A stretch of DNA of 64,000 nucleotides, taken from assembly GCF_964204645.1 (NCBI RefSeq), contig NC_134025.1:11408001-11472000 (forward strand), read 5' to 3'. The notes beneath the pieces were generated by a model. That model saw only the letters and a list, made by a program, of their open reading frames with translations. It was not told the origin of the DNA and ran no database searches. This DNA comes from Tubulanus polymorphus. Taxonomy: Eukaryota; Animalia; Nemertea. The position numbers were made by a program, and so were the translations under genes. This document shows, one piece after another, positions 12,031 through 25,500 of this stretch; within the stretch, counting starts at the first letter, position 1; the number at the start of each line of letters is the position of its first letter.

Positions 12031-14065
12031 TAAATCCTTTCCCATTACAATTTGATACAATGTGTTCTCATAATATGAATGAGAAATAAATTTCCTTAAT
12101 GGACGTACTATGAGGGCGAGTAAATTTGGCATCAAACATTTCGAATACTTTCCTCACTTTTTCACAGCGCAAAGTAAAAACTCGACGACATGGACTCGAG
12201 GAAAACCTCGCGATAAATTCACCTCGGCCGAAAACTTGAATGTACCGCAGCCTAAAACATCTGATCGACGCATCGTACATTGTGCTATTAACATGTTTTT
12301 TCACATCATCCGACCACCACGAGGTGAATTATGTACAAACAGTAATAAAACGATGCAAAAGCAATAATAAATCGAGCCAACAATGTGAAAGGTTTCTCAA
12401 CGTATATAGCAAAAGTTTGCGCATTTTGATTGGTTTCCCCATCATCATCATCATCATCTCATGAGTAGTTAGTGGACACCAACCGCAAACTTGATCAAAC
12501 TAGACAATGTCCAAAAGAGTAGATGAAGCGCATAAAATCGAAGTTAATCATACCTCGGATCTGTGTATACGGGTACTTCAAAATATCGCCTTGACTTATC
12601 GAAGTATGACAGTAAACACGAGTTCTTATTTCACAGAAAAATATTATTTCAAAATGTAGAAACTTTTTCAGTGACAAAACAGAATTTTGCGGAATACCGT
12701 GCATTTCGCTAAAATATTCGAAGATCAACTACTGGAGAGTATGCTTTTTTTTAATCAGAAGGTGTTGCTGGTCTTCGCATACTATGGTATTCTATTCTCA
12801 ATCGGAATATCACTTACTACACCAGTAAGACGATCAAAACCTGTCTCTGAATCCATGCCTCATTCGACTGCGCACGTCACAAATTTTGCTGTATACAATT
12901 GATATCACCGAACACCAACACACAAAGATGAACATATGTATAGATTACATAAATATATACTTTTATATACAAAAATATCAGTAAATCATCTGTCTTCAAA
13001 TACCTACGCACACCGTATCACGGATTCGTATGGAATTAAAACAATCTTCCTTAAAATATTAATCATCAATAGTCGCAAATAGTCGACCGCTTAACCATCC
13101 TTAGTGTTAATCAAAAGCACATTGTATGAGAAAACCCGATTATGTATCGTTGATATGCAAGCAGATAGCATCCATGGAGCTGCAGTGCCTCCCCCTGTCA
13201 AGTAGTAAGTGCCCGTAAAAATCCCAGTTTGAAACTGAAAACTGATGAAAGACGATTAAATTTTGTTCGATGAATAATGATAAAATCACCGGCGAAAATA
13301 GAGAAATTCAACGCATTATCATCGCATCGAAAATCTCCAAAGAACGAACCCAAATTCAACGATCTTATTTATCCAAAACGACAGGCGGGAACACCCTGTT
13401 CCATTCTAAATCTTCTATATGTACAATTTATACACGCCGTTGTTTCCACACGTTCCACAGTTTCGACTTTTTTTCTCCGATGACCAAAGGGCTGTCCGTT
13501 GTGAAACACATTCCGAGCTCGCATTAATAAACACAGCCATCGCAGAGGGAAATCATTCAACTTTCGTTGAGGCAATTTCACTTGTTCCCCGTAGACCCGT
13601 AGAACTGCGAGTGTTCAGATCTTTTCATCGTAACGACCAAAGCACCGTACATCCATATTATATGATTCATAGCAGTAAAATAATAATAATAATAATAATA
13701 TTCATAATCGATCATAATAATCAGAGGTTCAGTGAAATAAAAATATAGGTTGTTACTTATCTAAATACAACTCTTCTACCCTCTACGTACTGTACTGTAT
13801 CTACGTACGTATTTTGTATACGGAATAAAAATAGACCATTCCCTGTGTGTAGGATATAAAACTGCATATCATTCATTGAAAACGTGTTGTTTATCGACGT
13901 GAAAACGTGTCGAGCCGTCAAAAATCGGAACTAATTTCCGACGTTACGAAATTCTACTCCTCGCAAATAATTGTAGTAGTAGTTACCGTAGTCGACGAGT
14001 AAGCCGTTGCTATGTTAGTAGCTACGAAAACCTAAAAGCGAATGTTCCGCACTCGATTTTCCGCC

Positions 14066-17000
14066 TCATCCTTTAGCTTTCGGTTTCGAATCGATGTCCG
14101 GCGGCCGATGGCTCTTCATGTGCGCGCTACGACTTTTCACTTTACTGAATACTCTGAAATATATAGGAGAATTACCGATAAATCATCACTGAAATTGTCA
14201 TTCCGTGGAACCTCCAGTTATTCCGTCGCGCTCAGGTTTGCGCAACTGGCAAATAACTGGTTGCTGACGATCGCTGCTAGTTGCTAGTAGTAATCACAGT
14301 TGAGTGCCCCCTTAACAAATATAGTCCCAAGTAAGACAATTTGATTAATTTACTGGATATAACGAACTATCGGTTATAACGAACATATTTTCTGAAAATA
14401 TATTTAAAAAAAACATACTTTCTGGTTCGTGTACCTTATTAATGCAAAGTGTTGGGATCACGGTATCAACTTTTTGATGGTTTGGACTAAAACATAGAAA
14501 CTAATGAGACGAACTACCATAAACGCATTCGACCACAAATAGAAAAGTAATCAAAGTTGAAGCTTATGTGAAGCTAAAAATCCGGAAAATAAGTCGGGGG
14601 GTCGGGGGGCCTCCCCCATATAATTTTTGAAATTAGAACGCCAGGAGATGCGTTCTGGCGCAATACGCGTTATAGGCCTCACTTTCATTACCGGAAGTGT
14701 GTATCAATTTTCACGTCTGTCAATTACAATCCAATGAAAATCTGTCGCTTCAAACTTTCAGTAAGCATTTTCTCAAAGGTTATACACTCACTCACTCCAA
14801 GATATGTCAATAACAACAATGTGTATAGATCATTTTTTCAAATAGCGATTGGTTCCGTCAAATACACCTCATATATAAACCAGAGCCAAAAAAAAATGAA
14901 GCGTCAGTCGATTTCGATCGTCGCGTCATCTTGAGGCGCTTTTACGAAACTGAATCTTTGTAAATCGATTTAAGTTTCATGTTTACGGCACGCGGTTTAG
15001 TGAATCGGATTTGGTAAATCAACTCGTTTATGGACGCGGTTTAGTAAACTGATTTATTAAATCGACTAACTTGCTCGGCGAGCAAGTTAGTGGCGATTTA
15101 GTCAGTGAAATCCAACATGGTATCCTCTTCGACCGCGGGCTTAAGACATCTATCGCAGACCATCATCTATCAATAATTCGGTCACCATTGACGCCCATTT
15201 TCTTTTGAATCGCGACCTTTAAATTGATAAATTGATTCGACTCATTTACGAAAAACGATTCGATTTACTAAACCTTTTGTTTTCCGACATCGAATTGGAT
15301 TTAGCTAAATCGAATCAGATTCAATTTCGTAAAAGCGCCTTTGGTTTAATCGTGTACTGCGGGGTTGTTGCCACTACGTGGCAGCACAATACGGCTTTTT
15401 CGAACCCTCTACGGAGCTGTTACATTTTGATGTTTAGGGAATCGAATTGATCCCGAATTGATTTTATTTTTTCCCGAAGTTTTCTTTTGTGGTTATTTGA
15501 CTTCTCCCGAAAATCGGGAAATGAAATTGGATTTTTTTTAAATCCGGAATTCCGGAGAAATCCGGAGAAGTGGCAACTCTGAGTAATAGCCATTCACATA
15601 TACTCACTTTCCACAGATTTTACAAGGATACTCATCTGGTTCATCAGATGTGTACGAACGACTCGGCGATGACTCGATATTATTATTACGAGATTGAGCT
15701 GGCATCTTCGGGGCAGAACTGTCGTCGCACTGTTCCGTAGTTTTGATATAGTGAATGCGAATGTGTCCATTCAGCGCTTGTTTCGAAGGGAAAGTCTAAA
15801 AAAAATGAAATTGAATTTCCTCAATTTTATGGTTATCACGCCTTTGCTTCAGCAGCTCCAATCTTATAGAATGCTTTAACTTTTAGAATTCGATCATGTA
15901 GCGAATAATTACTTTTAAACTGAGTAAAAAATTTCTCTTTAGGCAATATTCTAATCGACTGCTTTAATTCGAAAATATAATAGCCCTGTATATTTGTTAA
16001 CTGCGCTGAAATGTATATGTAGCGCAGTATATAAGAAATATATATTATCATTATTATTACAGTAAGATTATTATCCCAGTATTATTGTACAATGTACTGG
16101 GCATTAGTAGATTTTGACCGGAATTGATTTTAGTCAACAGGTACGCAAGTACATGGTCAAAACCGCGGTACCTATGAAAACTACAGACATAAGGAATTGT
16201 TTTAACCCATTAGCACTCAAGCTGCCAGTATCCGCTCTGCCTATTACTCCTCTAGCTGCCCGAATCCACCCCCGCACTTTTTTCATTTGCTGCACAAAAA
16301 CGGTTATAGTGAGATTCAAACCCAATAGCTTATGATAAACTAGACACCTAAGTCCTCGAAATACCAAACAGAAATCAACATCCTCCTATTTTAATTTCTT
16401 GAGTATTTCGAGTATGAACATGACACATCTGCGCGCTCACTTCAAATCCAAGTAAGTTTGGATGAATTTCGGGGGGCCAAAGGACACGATATTGGTGGCC
16501 CACCTCATCAAATCTTACTTCATATGAAAGCCTTGACTATTTACTACAAAATAACACAAAATTGTAATGCATGGAAATAAACAGCAAATGAGCTATTTGG
16601 TATCGTGGTGAACTTGGATTTCCCTTGAATTTTCTGAGGAGTAATTGACACTACATAGTGAAATTCCTGAGTGCTAATGGGTTAAAGTTGCCGAAATGAA
16701 GTTCCCTCAAAGACATGGAAGTATTTTGGTTCTATATACTTGAATAACTTTTTTGGGTACATATGACATATTAAGCAAAAAATGAATTGACAGCGGAACC
16801 TCGATACAACTACGTATCTGTCTAAGTTCATTAATAACAAGGTTCCCGTGTGAATGATACGTATAAGAGAAAAGGCCTGAAAACTTATCATTTATGTAGA
16901 GAATACTTAACATTGTGTGCGTGGGGGGGGGAGGAGAGGGTTTGAGATAAACAAAACTCTGTTTCCAAACTGGATGGGATTATCAACTTACCGCCGAACA

Positions 17001-19484
17001 GTCAGCGTACAGACAGCTAAATTGTCCAGTCGGTTCTGTCTGTAAAGAAAAATGCATAATTCAAGTTAATGGTGACCATCGGAGAAATTAACATAATATC
17101 TACAACTACTGGTAATTAGGGAGGCATTCTACCCAATATAGAAATTCTATGTACATAAGTAAAACAAATAACATTGCATTACTATACCCAGTTTCAAAAA
17201 TCAGTTTCATAATGATGATTATCATATCATTTATACAGCGCAGGCATCCTTAACAGAGTCTAGTTCAAATGCGTTCCAAATTGTAATTGTTACCCCAAGC
17301 CTATAACTCTATTCCATGTATCAGTCATCTCTCCCTGGGGAGAAGTAACATCTGAGCAACTAATGGGTGCTCAGGAGTCATCTATCAGGCCAGGTACCCA
17401 TTTACTCCTGGGTGGAGAGAGGCAATGAGGACACTATGCCTGACGGTAATGTACGGGTTTGAACCCACGACCTGGCTTCCGAATGCTCTAACCACTCACC
17501 CACACTGCTCGCTCAAAGTTTATCAACTACCAGGCAATTTCGTATTTGTTTACTTACACTGGTGTCTCTGCCTTCCGCGAACATATTTGTATCTTTGCTG
17601 TCGTCATCAGGTTGTTTATCTTGAGCAGCTTTTGAGCGAAGATTGTAGATCTCTTCTTGTTCGCGTTTGCGTCGAATGATGCGCAATCGTTTGTACTCGT
17701 CGGGACAAACTTTCTTCCAGAGATAGTAGAACTCGACGCACTCCCTCGTCGACTTAGTGGTAACCTTCAAGAAAATGAAGCGCGTCAAATCATCATAATC
17801 TAAAACCCTTTGAATACTGTATATAACTGGGCCATTGTAATGCACCAGGTCTCACCTATTAACACCCTCTACTTAACATACTTTATCTCTTAGCTAATAA
17901 AAGTATTATAATATGATGATACACCATTCTTCTGAGATTAAAATGGAACAAGCCAGTCTCAGACTCGAACTCTTAAATTACCATGCATTTGTTCCCTTTG
18001 CATTTTGGATATGTTGTATCCAGGGCCAATAGCTAAACTTTGTCAAGACAACTTTTTGAATTTCGACCCCATTTCCCAGCTATGAAGTCATCTTCAAGGT
18101 CAGGCCACTAAAAACAGAGTTTCTAGTGCCTTGTTCTGTCGCTAGGTGGCACACTGGGCTCATACTTGGCTTTGCACAATTAATACTAATATTGTGCCCG
18201 AATTAATCAAAATTGACCCACTAATAACCAAGCTGAGTCGCTGAAAGACCGATAGTACGAAAATGGATGTCGTAAGTGCCTGAGAACCAATATAAGATGA
18301 AATATGGGTGTACTCTGATAAGGAACACGACCAGTCATCAGTGATAGTCTAGTTGTATGAGATCTATGCAATTATGAGCACGATGACCTGGCTTAACTAT
18401 TTTCTATATAGCGATTAGGGTCTCAGCAAATTACAAAGCTCTGAACAATACGGAAACAAGGGGTCCAGGGACGCCATGCTCACTCGGTGAAATACTTGAC
18501 AATTTCAATATTCATGCCTTTTGGTGAACAAATATAATAATCATTGAGCTTGCAAAAATCATAGAATGTGTTACCGTATGAGCTACAATTTTGCAATTGA
18601 TTGCGGTGACAAAATATTCCGTAAAAATTTGCGAAGTAATCAAATATAGTAATCAATGAGCTTGAAACTCGCAATAATCATAGAACGTGATATGAGCTAC
18701 AATTTTGCAATTGATTGTGGCAACATAATATGCCGTAAAAATGTGTGAAGAGGGGTAAAAATCATGATTTTGTTATTCAGCTGCAAATATGCCCAGAATT
18801 CAATCCCCAACCAATAAATGAACGTTGCATGAAACCTGAGCAAGTTTCAGGAATGTTATCTCGATGCTCGTTTAATGGATTGGTATCAACTTTACCCCGG
18901 GGGGGGGGGGGGGGGTTGGCTTACTCAATTCACTCAGTTCAGTTTCAACCCTGGATTAAAATTGATACCAGTCTTTAAAACCGAGCCTTGGTATTTCTTA
19001 ACTTTTTGTCGTGATAGTACAGGACAGGCCAAATAAAATCGACAAATCTTTTTTAAAATGAACTTTTAGCAGAAATATCTTAAGACACACAATAAGCATC
19101 TATTTTCTGTGAAGCGACGTCGTATGAAGTCATCGCTTCACATACGCTCATGAAAGACTGGTATCCATTGTCTAAATGGAGTCGAGTGGTAACTTCAACT
19201 TCATAAACGACTGAAAATAATGTAACAACTTCACACCGAAAACCTTGGAAACATCATATCAAAATCGTACCTCGTTGGCAATTTGAAAGAAATCCTTGTC
19301 GCATTTGAGCAAAGCTTGGTGATACAAATCTATTTCCTCCGTAGTCCACATGCCCGTTTCTGAATAATGTAGCATAAATGATAGTTGAGACGAGAAGACA
19401 CACAATATCCGTGTATGATGGATAACGAGAGAAATCCCACTATAGAGATTCAGCCAAAAATGAAAAAATGAATAGTTCTGTAGT

Positions 19485-19544
<60 letters not shown>

Positions 19545-22500
19545 TTCTTTCTCAGTACACCTGATGATGGTTAATAGTATTTAGCCGAAATGTTGCTTGA
19601 AATATAATATATATATATATTGTCGGATTTCTCTCGTTATAAATGATAGCTGCAGTGTACAAACAGTTCTATGGATAGGATCCGAAGATATAAACGAGAT
19701 ATGCATACATACCCTGGTATTTATATGTACATAACGTGTGATCTTTAGGCACCATTGGTTGTCCTTGCATTAACATTATCAGAGCATCCTGGAATACGAG
19801 AATATGTGTAAACGTACACGCATTCTATGTTCCTACCTCATATGCGCAAATACCAATATTTTATTTTTTTCTTAAAATAGGGATTTAATTAGTAGATTTC
19901 GTTTGATTTGCTGTCCCTTACTATGCCCTTACAAACCCACCTGGAGCGAAACAGAGGGTTTGATTTTGAAATCGGAAATCGAAGTTCAGATATAGTTGTG
20001 TGATCGGCAGTCGAATTTACAGCATTTTTCGTTAAAATTGTGCCCGGGCAGTTATATGTCCAATCGTTATTAATTGGACATATCATTGCCCGGACACCAT
20101 TACTAAATATGCCAAAAACGTAATATAACTGTACAGTGACAATCGACAATCCAGCAAGTTGGATGGATGATTAGTAGGAATTATGTGATTTATGTGGGAT
20201 GTACCATAGGTAGAATCTAGGTGAATACGAACAGCTTAATAAGAACTGAAAGCTTACCTGGATCTGACCTTTGGCAAGGTGTAATAAATGTATTGCATAC
20301 TCTTTATTAGTTCCATTACCAGGAACAGCAGCACAGCAAGCAAAATCAAGATAGAATTGCACTGAAATGAATTCATGGATTTGTAGTGACGAAATAAATT
20401 CTACTTTTAATTAAACATATAAACCACTTGTATATGTACTATTAAACTTCATCAACCGTAGAATATATGTAAAACGTAAATGACTGTCGAAAGCATGTTC
20501 AGAACTGGAGAAGAATTTCTCCTCCAATGATTCCGGAATCGATTCTCAAAGAATAAACATGTAATATATACTAATTCTTCAGTGCAAAGGGCCTTGAAAC
20601 TGTGATCTAGCTATAACGCATTGACGATAAGGAACGATAAGGATGAATGAATCAAAAGACTCAGCATCGAGTAGCCAATTTCAACACAACGAGAACGTTG
20701 GAAGGAACGTAACTATCGAGTCGCTAACAATACATTAAGACAATTTTTTGACAATTTTCTACCTTCTTCGTCAGTGTTTTCTCCGTAACTACTAGGTTCC
20801 CACAACAAATCTTCCATACTGTCCTCTGTATCCTTATATTCAACAATTTCTGAAAAAGAAGTTAAACGGTTACAAAAAGGACGTCTGAGTCAATCAATCG
20901 GATCCAAAACAATAAGATGGTCATAGATACCGGAATATTGAGGTAATTCTGCTTGATATTGAGCACCAATATTGACATGTCTGCAAAATGAACATAATTC
21001 AATCATTATGGCACCTAGAAAATAGCTATTTTCCCCACTTAACACTTGCCAATCCCCTATATGGGTAAAGCGTACAACATCCCTTAACCATGCTTAAACA
21101 CATTGACTGCGAGTGACGAGAGCTCGTCATAGCAGCAGTAGCGCATTTTGCCAGGACTAACAGTAAGATATTTCATGGACACGATGTTAACTCCTTGCTG
21201 CCTGAGAACTAGGACTAGTCTGGCGGGAACACAGTACAAAAAATATTAATGGGGATACCTCAAATTTGATGCATACTAAATTTCTAAAATATTTCCGCAT
21301 AAATTAATAATTGAGCATTAAAGAAAGGAGTAAATACGCAAAGATTTGCAATTGGCAGCGAACGTGTTAATTAACCAGACGAGAATAAAAATGATAATCC
21401 TTGAATTCAAAATCGTTCAACGGTAGACTTCTAATTTTAGAGTTCAACAATGGAAATTAAATTCATGTTCAATTGCAATAATGGTTCAAAGAAATAACAT
21501 TTCGCTCCAGTTACCGGAAAATGATACGGTGAATCGACCTCGTCAGTAAGGAGTCTACCCCAAGGTATACAATTTTACAGTAGTTTTTTCTATTTCCTAA
21601 CAAAAACATTTGATGAGTTTTGCCCATAAATATCAGACTCCTGTTTGACTAAGTCGATGTATTAAACTTACGGGCGAATATCTGTCTCCGGAGGCGGTTC
21701 CTCTTCTGGTTCTTCGATTAATGGCGGCTCTGAAGGAGTAATACTTGTCGGAACCCCTACAGAAATCGAATTCAAAACTGATGTAGCACGACACAATCTT
21801 AAATGAATTTAATGGTTTAGGAGCAGCCACTGCGTTATCAAAAATGGAAGCAATTTATTACTAGGAGGCACCTGCGTTTGCCACATGATTCTCAAAATTC
21901 CTTTTCTGTTTAAGGAATAATCTCACAACACCCGTCGCACCTTGTGGGATGATTATCAAACAGAATATTTCGCAAGGTAAGAACCAAATTCGCATGACAC
22001 CAGAAATCCTGAACCTAACTATATATGGACTTTAACCCCTTATCTTCCCACAGGGTTCCGAGAGAAGCACCATTTTCAAATTCGAGTGGTATTCAAGGGG
22101 CTTGAGCGTATAATCACAGAAATTAGAGGGGCATTGGAAGATCAACTATGAACTTCAGGCGCTGTTCCTAAACTGCTGGATAAATACAAGGACAGATCTA
22201 GGATTTTTTGAAAGGGTGGAGCCCTAAAATTGGAATTGTCAATTTATTTGAAAAGGACAGGTTTTACCATGCCAGTGTCACAGATCATACATAGGAGGGT
22301 CAGGGCCCCGCCTCGTGGGAACGTTTGAAAATCTAGGGTAAAATAGGTTTTCTTTCAGGCCATCAGGGCATCTGGATTTATCTTTCACTTTTTATATTGT
22401 TGAATTATATTTCTTTTGTTGAATTATTTTCATAATTCTAAACTTTTCCGGAGTTTTGAAGGGAAGGATGCATGGAACCCAAGTTTGATCCTAATTGAAG

Positions 22501-25500
22501 CAAAATTCAAATCCCGAAGCCCATTTGTTTGAAATTATCACTTGAATTCAGAACAGTCAAATATGTTTTGAAGGGATGGATGCATGGGAGCCAAGTTTGA
22601 TCCTAATTGAAGCAAAATTCAAATCCCGAAGCCCATTTATTTGAAATTATCAGTTGAATTCAGAACAGTCAAAACTCCAGTGCCCGAGTTTTGGATCTGA
22701 ATGTATTCCTCGTTTTACCCACTTCTATTGCTGGATGGTATTATCAGGCGATTTTCAGCATGTATACACATCATATCCCCAATTCTAAGTCAAAATAGCT
22801 GGATCAGGGCAGGTGTTATCCCTCCAATGATTAAAGAGAAGCTAAGCAAAGCGCAAATAAAACAAAACACTACAAACCGACGATACTTACGTAATTTTGG
22901 TGTAATAGGAGCCGATTTCGGTGTAATCGGACGATAACTGTGCAGCGTCCAAAACAAACCTGAACCTTTTCTCACCGGGCTGAGCATCGGAGGCGGCGTG
23001 TACGGCGGTGGCGTGTTGCCGCGGTTGCCGCGCATCTCGTAGCTGTCCCACAGTCGCGGCGATCGCAGGCGGCTCTGAAAGCCGAAGTGGTTCACGTGTG
23101 GAGGGATGAATAGCGGTTCTGGACGGTGCTTCTTTCGCCCTTTCGCCGGACTCGTCGCCAGACTAGAAGGATTTCGAAATAGGCCGCCGTCGTCGACCGA
23201 CGGACCCGGGTACGAACGCGAGAGCGGGTCATCGGCGCGACTACGCGGACGAGAGCGCGGCAACGCGTCGTCCGACGGACGCTGGAACACCCCGTCATCT
23301 TTATCACCCGACGACTGCCGCTGCTTTGTCGAATTATTAATTCGCGGAGCACCTTGAGTTTTATTAATACTAGTAACATCCATTTTCTTATTGAAGTGAT
23401 TACTCAGCAAAACGGCTAGGCTGCTTTGCTGCGTGTTGGCCAAACGCTTCGGCGTCGTGAACTTGTCCGGGTCGGCACTCAAGTGGCGCTTGCGCTCGAA
23501 AATCGCCGTTTTCAACAGCGCGCGGTTGTTGCGCGAGTCGAGGTCGACGTTGATGCTTTTCGGCAGCGTGAACTGGTGCGGCGCGCGATCCGGAAACGAG
23601 AACGTCTGGCCGGTCGTCGGCGACTTGATCATCAGCTGCACTGCGATGTGCGGATTCAAGTTGTTGTCGCTGTTGTTCTGTTGCTGGTTGGCATAGCACA
23701 ACGGCGCATTGCTCGCCGCGCTCAGCATGCTGTCACGAATCAACACCGGCTCATTGTTGCTCGTCGTCTCCAAAGATTCGCCGATGTCGTCGGTCAGCCG
23801 CGTTCCTTCGGTCGTCGCGAAACTCGATATGTCCGGATTCGCGAACAACGCCGCGTCGTTGCTGTTCATGTCATCGTCGTCCGCCGAACTGACGTGCATC
23901 GCGCCGCCGGCCGTCTGCGAATTGCCGCCGACCAATATATCGTTGCTCGGGCTGCAGCTCGTCAACGAGCCGAGGCTCTCCGGCGCATTCTGCAACAAGT
24001 TCTGAAACGTCGTCGCCAAATTTGCGGTGCTCGGCGTAGGCAAGATGCCGTCGCTCACCGAGCTGACGACTTGTTTCAGGTCGTGCTGCGACAACTGCAC
24101 GCCGAGAATGTCGGCGTCGGTCGTCAATGGCAACATCGACTGGTTCAAATCTAAACTGGCGTCGGTGTTTGGAGGTAAACTCGGTTGTGTCGGCGGCAGC
24201 ATGAACGTCGTCGACACGCTTGGTAATCGTAGATGCTGTTGAAGTAACGACGCGACGGACATGTTATTAGAGGCTTGTAACTGCGTCGACGTCACCGCCG
24301 TCAGTAATTGTTGCTGTTGATGCTGTTGCTGTTGTTGCCGGGCAGACGGAAGCGGCTGTTGTTGTTGATTCTTCTGGTGCTGCTGCTGCTGCTGCTGTTG
24401 TTGTTGCTGATGATGTATAGCCTGTTGTTGTAATTGTTGAAGAGCGGCGACGGCTTGCTGTTGTTCCTGCATTTCCTGTTGTTGTTTGTGCTGTTGTTGC
24501 TTCAGATATTCGGCTTGCAATTGTGAGATTGATGGCAACTGTTGCGGTGCAATTGACGTTTGTACCGTGGTCGGGGCAGGTGGTGGAGGGGGTGGCGGCG
24601 GTGGTGGCGGTGGAGCCAGCGGTTTGTTAGGTAAATTTTGCGGTTGTTGAAATGTTTGTGGTGCCGAGGACTGAGTTTGATTCGTCGTTGGTTGTTGACT
24701 TTTCTCCTTTTCATTTGTCTCCTGTTTTTTCATAGGCACATCTTGCTGTAATACATAAGATCAGAGAATTCAAGATTTTTATCATTTTACATTATTTTGT
24801 TCATCACATACAAACTGCTTTTTTTCATCCAGGGTGCCTACAGATCAGTCAATCCTGGATGTAAGGAGTTTAAAAGGAGAAAATTTTAAATTTCGAGGAG
24901 TGCATGCATCACTCTCATATCATCCCAATTACTGCAGACTCCTTATAAATCAGCACTGTTTATCTCGGTAAACCAATGATTCAGTTGTTTTCGTAAGCAA
25001 AGTTCTAACACTACCTGAACTTGGTTTCTAATTCGGTAACTGTCTAATTGGGTAAAAATCCAAGTCCCAATTATTTTGATTTAGGGGTAGTCTATTGTTA
25101 CAACTACAAACTAGACAAAAATTTCTAACTGCCTATTTCTCAAAATTGAAGGAGTTCAAACGGAGCTTAGAGCGTCTGATTCCAATGAAAGGAGTCTCGA
25201 GCACCTTTAAAAACATTTTCCCTTTTGAAGGAATTGAGGAGTCAAAGGGACCCTGTCATCCCTCAATCCGCTGAGCATCACTTAGGATATCATTAACAGA
25301 TCAGATAAGAAGCCCTGCTGCTACCAGAATTCGAACAAATGAAACCTGGATTGATGGGACTATTATGCGAGAGAACAGTGGCACGAATTACTCGGCCGAT
25401 GCATCTGAAGAATCCAATTACCTTTTTGAAATATCCACCATGAAGTCGCATATGACCGTTCAACGCGGGTATATTCTTGAACCTTCGATGGCACATTGTA

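Noticed and set aside
20850-20930. 81-nt intron with a GTATCT donor and a tttaac near the acceptor, resembling a U12 intron
   Set aside because: The donor is GTATCTAT, not GTATCCTT, and the branch site lacks the CCTTAAC consensus; a normal U2 intron is adequate.
23092-24242. Several long ORFs (e.g. 23426-24154 +, 242 aa) overlapping the big TRERF1-like exon
   Set aside because: Antisense or off-frame shadows of a GC-rich coding exon; no independent motifs.
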